From positions 20,846 to 84,845 of the forward strand of contig CAYVYM010000009.1 in assembly GCA_964455705.1 (NCBI GenBank): 64,000 bases of DNA. Reading direction: 5' to 3'. Positions 18,305-25,132 of the stretch are shown piece after piece (position 1 is the first letter of the stretch; each line of letters opens with the position of its first letter). This stretch comes from an uncultured Rikenella sp. GTDB lineage: Bacteria; Bacteroidota; Bacteroidia; Bacteroidales; VadinHA17. A program made the position numbers and the translations under genes. The notes beneath the pieces are model-generated. The model was not told the DNA's origin. It was given only the letters and a program-made list of their open reading frames with translations, and ran no database searches.

Positions 18305-18491
18305 TACTTTATTTGATAACTCCAGTTATCAATACGAAATTTTTCATTATCCCTATCAATTAATGATAAAGGTTAGTGGAACTGGTCTTGTTTAGCATTT
18401 GATAGTGTTTCATAAAGTGTGTCTGGCGTAGCATGCCGAATGCCTATCCAATAGGGTGAATTAAAAAGTCTATGACCGGCAATCATGCCCT

Positions 18492-19232
18492 CTAACCCCG
18501 TCTCCTGTAGATATACCAGTACGCCAGCGGAATAAAGTAGAGACTGACAAAGGTGCCAAGGGTCATGCCTCCTATAAGCGCCAGCGCCATGGGACGCTGC
18601 AACTGGTTCCCCAAACCTGATCCGAACAGCATCGGAAGGGTCGATAAGATCGAAGCCATCGCTACCATTATGATGGGCTTCAACCTTCTTGACCCGCCGA
18701 GATAAATCGCTTCCTTAAGCCCCATCCCCGACTTCCGGAGATTGTTGATAGTATCTACCTTTAGTATCGAGTCGTTGATAATGACGCCTGACATCACAAT
18801 GATCCCTATCATCGTCATTATGTTGATCGATCCTCCCCATAACCAGACCAGGAAGAGCGCCCCGGCAATGTCAATGGGAATCTCAAGTAGCACTATCAAT
18901 GGCTGTGTGAGCGACTCGAACTGCGCAGCAAGGATGAAGTAGAGCAACACGATGGAGACAAGCAACACCAGCGCCAGCTCGCGGAACAGCCTCTGGCCTG
19001 TTATAAGCGAGCCGCTGAATGAAAGCGAGAGGTTCGGATAAGACGACAGAACCTCTTCGATCTCCGCTGTCAGACTCGCTGGACGGTTGGTCGCAACATT
19101 CATCTCCACTGGCACGTATTCGGAGGTCATGCTGCCCATGATGGCCTTATAATAACGCACCGGGCTATTGCGGACAAATGCATTGAATCGCTTTTGGCTT
19201 TCGAGAGATCCAGTTTGATCAGCTTGACAGAA
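18492..19232 (-). pseudogene. Remnant of an RND (AcrB/CzcA-type) efflux transporter: only the C-terminal ~220-245 aa remain
   Basis: The translation covers only the last TM bundle of RND pumps (..LFRELALVLLVSIVLLYFILAAQFESLTQPLIVLLEIPIDIAGALFLVW..IIVMSGVIINDSILKVD..LGGMTLGTFVSLYFIPLAYWYI). The frame is closed by a stop at 19233-19235, and the ORF starts at GTG. Full-length RND pumps are ~1000+ aa. Confidence 0.65.
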
Positions 19233-19408
19233 TCACCATGAGATGAAGAAGAATCTTTGTATTTGCATGACAAGACTACTAATGTGAAACAAACAATAAG
19301 TATCCACAACGTTTTCATATCACATTTATCATATCACGATTCATACTTCTGGTCAAATTCTAAATTACTAAATATACGAAACACTATCTCTATTTCCGGA
19401 TCATTTGA

Positions 19409-20065
19409 TCAATTTCTCTCCCTCGGCTGATCATCGGATAGGATCGTGACTTTACGCTTCCACTGAATAAACCCGTAGACAGCCATTGCAAGGAAAATGA
19501 CATACTGAACGGATACAAGCATAATCCCTCTCATCGTATACATGGCGATACTCATTATATTAACCAGTATCCATAGGACCCAGTTCTCGAGCTTCAGTCG
19601 TGCACAGAGCAGGGATGCAGCGATGCTCATAACGGCTATCATGGCATCGGTATATACAAAGGTAGCCTCCTCAGGGAACAGATCCGGCAGCCAGAGATGG
19701 ATGTGGCTCATGACCGTTCCCATGGCAATGGCCCCGGCTATGACCGCAACAACCCAGGCCAGCCTTCCCTTATGACTCAACAAGGTGACAGGTTCATCCC
19801 CGTTAATGCTCTGTCTCTTCCAGTTGAACCAGCCGTAGAAGGCATTGAAGAAAAAGAAGAGCTGCAGGATCATCGCCGAATAAAGATTCACCTGGTAATA
19901 GAGCATGAAGAAGAGCACGGCATTAATAAGCGCAAAGATCCAGGTGATGATGTTAGCCCTTGCTGCAAACCAGACTGCACACAGCCCGGTGATGACTGCA
20001 AGCAGCTCGAGAAGGCTCATTCTGTAGCCGGGGAGTTCGAAGAGGATGGTGTCGATATTAAACAT
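19409..20065 (-). CDS. pnuC: Nicotinamide riboside transporter PnuC family
   Basis: 218-aa membrane protein with ..WFAARANIITWIFALINAVLFFMLYYQVNLYSAMILQLFFFFNAFYGWFNWKR.. and a second ..VQYVIFLAMAVYGFIQWKR repeat, typical of PnuC. Confidence 0.85.
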   Translation of the reverse strand: MFNIDTILFELPGYRMSLLELLAVITGLCAVWFAARANIITWIFALINAVLFFMLYYQVNLYSAMILQLFFFFNAFYGWFNWKRQSINGDEPVTLLSHKGRLAWVVAVIAGAIAMGTVMSHIHLWLPDLFPEEATFVYTDAMIAVMSIAASLLCARLKLENWVLWILVNIMSIAMYTMRGIMLVSVQYVIFLAMAVYGFIQWKRKVTILSDDQPRERN

Positions 20066-20068
20066 ATG

Positions 20069-20150
20069 TCTGAAGGTCTTCGAAAGTCGAAAGTCTATAA
20101 AGTCTGTAAAGTCTGTAAAGTCAAAATTTTTAAGGTCTTGTAGTCTGAAG
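20069..20150. repeat. AAGTC-type short tandem repeat module (copy in the pnuC 5' leader)
   Basis: TCTGAAGGTCTTCGAAAGTCGAAAGTCTATAAAGTCTGTAAAGTCTGTAAAGTCAAAA.. starts 4 nt from the pnuC start codon. Same unit family as 241-321, 22191-22235 and 33945-33990. Confidence 0.8.
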
Positions 20151-20198
20151 TGTTGGTTTTTAATCAGGGGTAAAGGTAATTAAACAGGTGGGAAAGAG

Positions 20199-20362
20199 AG
20201 GTCGGATTTTGAAGATGACAACAGCAAACAGGTCGGTTTTGACATAGGAAGCCAACAAAGAAGGTCGGTTTTTGCACGGACAATAGAAAAACGAGTCGGT
20301 TTTTGCACGTGCAACATGCAAAACAGGTCGAAATTTGTTGATGGCGCATGCAAATTTCGACT
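20199..20362. repeat. Five tandem 31-32-bp degenerate direct repeats (core AGGTCGGTTTTTGCAC); the last unit is converted to a perfect hairpin
   Basis: Unit starts are at 20199, 20230, 20262, 20294 and 20325. Each unit has a conserved 5' core A(G)GTCGG(A)TTTTG(C)A and a variable 3' half ending in CAAA(A)C. The last unit contains GTCGAAATTTG-N13-CAAATTTCGAC. Confidence 0.8.
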
Positions 20363-20411
20363 GCTTTTCAATTTCAGGACAGATTGATTAGCTTTAAACC
20401 CTGATTAAGCC

Positions 20412-22199
20412 ATGATGTCACCACGTGAGGTTTATACTACCAGAGAAGCTGAATTCAGCGCCTCTGCCGAACGGCTGCGGAAGCTGTCGGACCGCCTGTC
20501 ATTAGCCCGCCTGGTATCATTCATCGGTGGATTGATCCTTTTCGCACTGCTCCTGTCCGTCTCTGGTGCTGCTGCTGTCACCGCCCTGACAATAGCCCTG
20601 ATCCTGTTTGCCTGGCTGGTGATCAGGTCCGACACGACGGAGAAGAGCAGGAAGAGATTCCTTCACCTGGCGGAGATCAACAGGCTTGAGCTGAAGTGCA
20701 TCGATGGTGACTTTTCAGGATATAAGCCCGGTGAAGAATACATCGAAAGAGACCACCCCTATTCATATGACCTTGACATCTTCGGGAAGGCGTCATTGTT
20801 TCAGTACATATGCCGAACCACGAGCAAGCCGGCCTCTGACATGCTGGCAGAGTACCTGAGACAATCTGCTTCCAGGGAAGAGATACTGCAGCGCCAGGAG
20901 GCTGTAGCGGAATTGCAGCCTCTTACCGACTGGAGACAGGAGCTGATTACCCTCGGTTACCTGAATGCCGGTGCCGGCAATGATCCAGCGCCCCTGTTGC
21001 AGTGGCTCAGGAGTGACGATACCTTCACGAAAATAATGCGCGAGAAGATAATAACCGGATGCCTCAGCCTCCTGGCCCTGGCATCAGTCATCATGGTCAT
21101 AGCCGGATGGCCCGCTGTAATACTTACACCGGTTTTTATCACGAACTTCATCTTTAATGTAACACGATTCACAAGGATCTCAAAACTACAGGACCAGATT
21201 AGCCGGTCATCAGACCTGCTCAAATCGTACTCCGAGATCATAAGGCTGATTGAAGAGGAGAAATTTACTGCTCCACTACTTCAGACCCTGCATGGATCAT
21301 TCAAAAACAGCATTACTGCCTCATTTCGTATCAGGCAGCTTTCGAAGCTGGTCGGCAGGCTCGACTGGAGGTTGAATATGCTTCTATCCGCCCCACTCAA
21401 CCTGCTGTTTTTCTCTGATATACATTTTTGCCTCGCTCTTGAGAGATGGAAGCGTGAGCATGCCCTGCGGATCCCCGAATGGTTTGCCGCGATGGCTGAA
21501 TTCGAAGTATTGGCCTCCCTTGCCAATACGGCCTTCAACAATCCCGGCTGGGTATTTCCGACTGTGACTGATGACTGGTTTGTATTTAGTGCGAAAGAGA
21601 TGGGGCATCCGTTGATACCTGCCGACAGGCGGATCAGTAATGATTTCTCGGTTGAGGGTCCCGGAAAGGCAATAGTGATAACAGGGTCTAACATGTCGGG
21701 TAAGAGCACCTTCCTCCGCACCTACGGCATAAATGCCGTGCTGTCTTTTTGCGGGGCGCCGGCATGTGCTTCATCATACACGGTCTCGCATGTCAGGCTT
21801 CATTCCAGCATGCGAATATCCGATTCTCTGGAGGAGAATATCTCCTCGTTCTATGCAGAGTTGCGGCGACTCAGGGCAATCATCTCCGGAGCTGAATCCG
21901 ATCCGAAGGCATTTCTCCTGCTCGATGAGATACTCCGCGGCACCAACTCGGACGACAGGTATACGGGATCGGTGGCTCTTATCAAACAGCTGACGGGCTA
22001 TGGTTCAGTAATCATGGTGGCCACACACGACCTCCGTCTCGCCGGCCTGGAGAAAGAGCTTCCGGATGCCATTGAAAATTATCATTTCGATGTGAAGGTG
22101 AGCGGTGAGGAGCTCTTCTTTGACTACAGGCTGACACCGGGGGTCTGCTCAAGCTTCAATGCTTCGCTGCTGATGAAGAAAATGGGAATAAAAGTCTGA
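20412..22199 (+). CDS. MutS-related protein: N-terminal membrane region + MutS domain V ATPase only (no mismatch-binding domain)
   Basis: Hydrophobic helices near the N-terminus and mid-protein. C-terminal ABC-type ATPase of the MutS family (GSNMSGKSTFLRT, LLLDEILRGTNSDDR, ATHD). Confidence 0.8.
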   Translation: MMSPREVYTTREAEFSASAERLRKLSDRLSLARLVSFIGGLILFALLLSVSGAAAVTALTIALILFAWLVIRSDTTEKSRKRFLHLAEINRLELKCIDGDFSGYKPGEEYIERDHPYSYDLDIFGKASLFQYICRTTSKPASDMLAEYLRQSASREEILQRQEAVAELQPLTDWRQELITLGYLNAGAGNDPAPLLQWLRSDDTFTKIMREKIITGCLSLLALASVIMVIAGWPAVILTPVFITNFIFNVTRFTRISKLQDQISRSSDLLKSYSEIIRLIEEEKFTAPLLQTLHGSFKNSITASFRIRQLSKLVGRLDWRLNMLLSAPLNLLFFSDIHFCLALERWKREHALRIPEWFAAMAEFEVLASLANTAFNNPGWVFPTVTDDWFVFSAKEMGHPLIPADRRISNDFSVEGPGKAIVITGSNMSGKSTFLRTYGINAVLSFCGAPACASSYTVSHVRLHSSMRISDSLEENISSFYAELRRLRAIISGAESDPKAFLLLDEILRGTNSDDRYTGSVALIKQLTGYGSVIMVATHDLRLAGLEKELPDAIENYHFDVKVSGEELFFDYRLTPGVCSSFNASLLMKKMGIKV

Positions 22200-22338
22200 A
22201 AGTCAAAAGTCCATAAAGTCCGTAAAGTCTAAAGGATTGGCGATTTGCGATTGGCGATTTGCGATTTTTGTTAAATCGACAATCGGAAATCTGAAATCGG
22301 AAATTTCTCCTTTATCCTTTATCCTTTCTCCTTTAACC
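22191..22338. repeat. Modular short-tandem-repeat intergenic element, copy 2
   Basis: AAAGTCTGAAAGTCAAAAGTCCATAAAGTCCGTAAAGTC (22191-22235). GATTGGC/GATTTGC heptamers (22235-22268). Inverted AATCGG units (22272-22305). CCTTTAT heptamers (22308-22338). The element overlaps the stop codons of both convergent genes. Confidence 0.8.
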
Positions 22339-23245
22339 TTAATATTACTTCAACCTTCTCCTCGTCTGGCAGCTGGCCGTCTATCCAGTTGATGATGATG
22401 CCACGGCGCTCCATGCCGCGGAACCATGTCATCTGCCGCTTGGCAAAACGGTGAATCTCCACCTCCAGCTTCTGCGTCATCTCCTCATAACCCATCTTAT
22501 TCAACAGGAACAAAGTGACATACTTATACTCCAGCCCGTAATAAAGAAGGTCATCAGGATGTATCCCGGAAGCCAGCAACCGCTGCACCTCCTCAACCAT
22601 ACCTCCATCAAGCCTGGCCCTCAACCGCGAGCTGATCCGCTGCCGACGTGTCTCCCGGTCAAAGAAAACGGCTGTTACCAAAGGATTCTTTACCGGAAAC
22701 GGACTCTCATCAAGGGGGTGATGTGCATAATATTCCGCTATCTCTATCGCCCTGACCGCCCTCTTCACCGTATCCACGTCAGTTTTGTTGTGGAGACTCT
22801 TGTACTGCGATAAAATCGCTGTCAGCTCATCAAGTGACCTTCCTGCCATCAGAGCACGCAACTGGCTGTTAACCGGCACCTGTATCAGCCTGTAACCACT
22901 GACAATACTGTCGATGTACATCCCCGAGCCACCACATACCACCGGAAAACAACCGCGAGCAGACAAACCCCCGAAAACCTTCAGAAAATCGCGTTGAAAT
23001 TCATATACATTGTACCTGTAACCGGCATCTGCAATATCCACCAGATGAACCGGCACAACCCGTCCGTCAATAACATAGTCCGACAAATCCTTCCCGGTGC
23101 CTATATCCATCCCCCTGTATACCTGCCTTGAGTCGGCACTTATGACCTCTCCTCCCAGCCGGTCCGCCACCAGAGCCGCCAACCGGGTCTTCCCGGTTGC
23201 TGTCGGTCCGGTGATCACAATGATATCATGCATCGGCTTGTCCAT
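22319..23245 (-). CDS. miaA: tRNA dimethylallyltransferase
   Basis: P-loop GPTATGKT, ..ISADSRQVYRGMDIGTGK.., and typical MiaA length and C-terminal region. Confidence 0.9.
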   Translation of the reverse strand: MDKPMHDIIVITGPTATGKTRLAALVADRLGGEVISADSRQVYRGMDIGTGKDLSDYVIDGRVVPVHLVDIADAGYRYNVYEFQRDFLKVFGGLSARGCFPVVCGGSGMYIDSIVSGYRLIQVPVNSQLRALMAGRSLDELTAILSQYKSLHNKTDVDTVKRAVRAIEIAEYYAHHPLDESPFPVKNPLVTAVFFDRETRRQRISSRLRARLDGGMVEEVQRLLASGIHPDDLLYYGLEYKYVTLFLLNKMGYEEMTQKLEVEIHRFAKRQMTWFRGMERRGIIINWIDGQLPDEEKVEVILRLKEKG

Positions 23246-23324
23246 CAGAAATTAAAGATAACCAATAAGGGTCCACAGTAATGCAATTTTACTTAATTTT
23301 GCCGTTCTTAAATCAAAAGAGGTC

Positions 23325-23906
23325 ATGGACTTCAGGTTTCTGTATCATCGTACAAAGTATTTCATAATCAATCCCGGCAAGGCCTGGGAAGTGGTTCACC
23401 GCGAGGAGAGACCTATGAAGTTCGTCAGGGGCAGCTTCTTCATGCCGCTTGTAATACTGGTAACCATAAGTGCATTCCTGGGATCGATGTTCTTCATCAA
23501 CTCCACCCTGAAACCGATGTACTCGGTGCTGGTAGCCGTCACCACCTTTCTCTTCCTCTACCTTGGCGTCTATGCGTCGGCATTCGTTGTGAGGGAGATA
23601 ATGAGAGCGCTTGACCTGGGACACGATTTTCTGGTAGCATTCAAGCTGGTAGCCTATTCCATAGCCCCCATATTCCTTACTCTCACCATCAGCCGCCTGT
23701 TCGAGTCGCTGCTCTTTATCAACGTACTGGGACTCTACGGGCTATACATCTTCTGGATTGGCATGGAGACAATGATCAACCCGCCTGATCACAAGAAAAT
23801 TCAGATGCTGATAGCGACAGTAGTCTCAATGCTGATCATTTTCCTCCTGCTGCAGATTATTCTTTCCAAACTGACCGAAACGGTCTATTTCAACATCTTT
23901 GCCTGA
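23325..23906 (+). CDS. Yip1-domain-like integral membrane protein
   Basis: 193 aa with about 5 TM helices after a short soluble N-terminus. The layout resembles the Yip1/DUF1282 family. Assignment is by topology only. Confidence 0.5.
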   Translation: MDFRFLYHRTKYFIINPGKAWEVVHREERPMKFVRGSFFMPLVILVTISAFLGSMFFINSTLKPMYSVLVAVTTFLFLYLGVYASAFVVREIMRALDLGHDFLVAFKLVAYSIAPIFLTLTISRLFESLLFINVLGLYGLYIFWIGMETMINPPDHKKIQMLIATVVSMLIIFLLLQIILSKLTETVYFNIFA

Positions 23907-23914
23907 GTCCGCCA

Positions 23915-24382
23915 ATGAGAAACGATACCAGCAATATCGTCATCCAGAACCGCAGGGCCTCGCACGATTATGAATTCATTGAGAAGCTCATTGCAGGCAT
24001 AAAGCTGACCGGCACCGAGATAAAATCTATCCGTGCCGGCAAGGCAACACTTACCGACTCTTTCTGCGCCTTCCGTAACGGGGAACTCTTCGTTACCGGG
24101 ATGCATATCTCAGAGTACTACTGGGGCAACCTGAACAACCATGATCCGCTGGGTGAGCGCAAGCTTCTGCTGACGCGAAAGGAATTACGCAAGTGGGAAA
24201 GGAAGGTTAATGAGACAGGCCTGACGATCATCGTCACGAAAGTTTTTATAAACAACAGGGGGCTGGCGAAGGCGGAGATTGCCCTTGCCAGGGGTATGAA
24301 GCAGTATGATAAGCGTGACAGCATTAAGAAGCGCGACCATGAGCGTGAGATGGACCACCATGTCAAGGAGCGCAACAGGTAA
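23915..24382 (+). CDS. smpB: SsrA-binding protein SmpB
   Basis: ..IQNRRASHDYEFIEKLIAGIKLTGTEIKSIR..GERKLLLTRKELRKW..GLTIIVTKVFINNRGLAKAEIALARGMKQYDKRD.. is the canonical SmpB sequence. Confidence 0.92.
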   Translation: MRNDTSNIVIQNRRASHDYEFIEKLIAGIKLTGTEIKSIRAGKATLTDSFCAFRNGELFVTGMHISEYYWGNLNNHDPLGERKLLLTRKELRKWERKVNETGLTIIVTKVFINNRGLAKAEIALARGMKQYDKRDSIKKRDHEREMDHHVKERNR

Positions 24383-25099
24383 TCAGAAGTTCGGGCTGAG
24401 CAGATATCTTGAATAGAACTGGTCAATGTAACCGACGGCCTCTTCCGGGGTATCAACTATCCTGAAGATATTCATGTCTTCAGCAGAGATGTTGTGCTCC
24501 TCATTCAACATAACATCAGTCACCCATTCAAACAACCCTGACCAGTAACGTTCACCTACCATAACAATTGGAAAACGCCCGATCTTCTTAGTCTGTATGA
24601 GTGTGATTGCCTCGAAGAGTTCATCAAGGGTGCCGAAGCCACCTGGCATCACAATGAATCCCTGTGCATACTTCATGAACATTACCTTGCGGACAAAGAA
24701 ATAGTCGAAGGTGATTAGCTTGTCGCGGTCAATGAAGGCATTGGGTTTCTGTTCAAAGGGCAGGTCGATGTTTATGCCTATTGACTTGCCATTCCCCCTC
24801 TTTGCTCCCTTGTTGGCGGCCTCCATGATACCTGGACCGCCGCCGGTGATGACGCCATAACCCTTCTGAACCAGCCGGAAAGCGATCTCATCAGCCATCT
24901 TGTAATACTTGTGGTTGTAATGGGTGCGGGCAGATCCGAAAATGGCCACGCTCGGGCCAATTCGTGAAAGCTTCTCAAATCCTTCTACCAGCTCGGAAAT
25001 GATCTTAAAGATCCTCCAGGAATCCATGGTATGAATCTCATGCCATGTCTTCTGTTCAAAAGCATCCTTAATGAGATCTTTTTCTTTTGCTTCGTCCAT
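24383..25099 (-). CDS. LOG / TIGR00730-family Rossmann-fold protein (nucleotide 5'-monophosphate phosphoribohydrolase-like)
   Basis: Motifs GGGPGIMEA and PGGFGTLDE are characteristic of the LOG family. Confidence 0.85.
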   Translation of the reverse strand: MDEAKEKDLIKDAFEQKTWHEIHTMDSWRIFKIISELVEGFEKLSRIGPSVAIFGSARTHYNHKYYKMADEIAFRLVQKGYGVITGGGPGIMEAANKGAKRGNGKSIGINIDLPFEQKPNAFIDRDKLITFDYFFVRKVMFMKYAQGFIVMPGGFGTLDELFEAITLIQTKKIGRFPIVMVGERYWSGLFEWVTDVMLNEEHNISAEDMNIFRIVDTPEEAVGYIDQFYSRYLLSPNF

Positions 25100-25132
25100 G
25101 AGTAAATATTTAGGCGTTAAATATAATCTTTT

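Noticed and set aside
19127-19318. 63-aa lipoprotein-like ORF as a genuine small gene.
   Set aside because: After the signal peptide the ORF runs out of frame across the start of the RND remnant and has no domain. It is more parsimoniously the stump of a deleted efflux-operon lipoprotein gene. It is kept only as part of the pseudogene finding.
14413-19408. Calling the accessory patch a mobile element or genomic island.
   Set aside because: I could find no integrase, transposase, tRNA attachment site or flanking direct repeats, and the composition is heterogeneous. It is reported only as a mosaic region, not as a mobile_element feature.
19697-20143. 148-aa plus-strand ORF ending in KSKVYKVCKVCKVKIFKVL.
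   Set aside because: It is antisense to pnuC for most of its length, and its repetitive tail is simply the translated AAGTC tandem repeat. It is not a credible gene.
20199-20362. Possible degenerate CRISPR array (regularly spaced repeats).
   Set aside because: The whole unit is only 31-32 bp, with a ~15-nt conserved core and ~16-nt variable part. This is far shorter than CRISPR repeat-plus-spacer units. The cores are degenerate and no cas genes are in the window. I treat it as a tandem repeat or operator-like array.
20164-20371. Two overlapping ~60-aa minus-strand ORFs with repeated QKPT/QNRP peptides.
   Set aside because: The peptide periodicity mirrors the 31-32-bp DNA tandem array in two frames. 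There is no start context or conservation signal, so this is a translation artefact of the repeat.
20412-22199. Annotating the MutS-related ORF as the mismatch-repair gene mutS.
   Set aside because: It lacks the N-terminal mismatch-binding (GxFxE), connector and clamp domains, is ~250-300 aa too short, and has hydrophobic helices. Only the domain V ATPase is present.
23246-25132. tmRNA (ssrA) gene expected near smpB.
   Set aside because: The flanking intergenic spaces are tiny: 79 nt before the Yip1-like gene and 0 nt between smpB and the LOG gene. They contain no tRNA-like acceptor or T-arm sequence. No ssrA is in this window.
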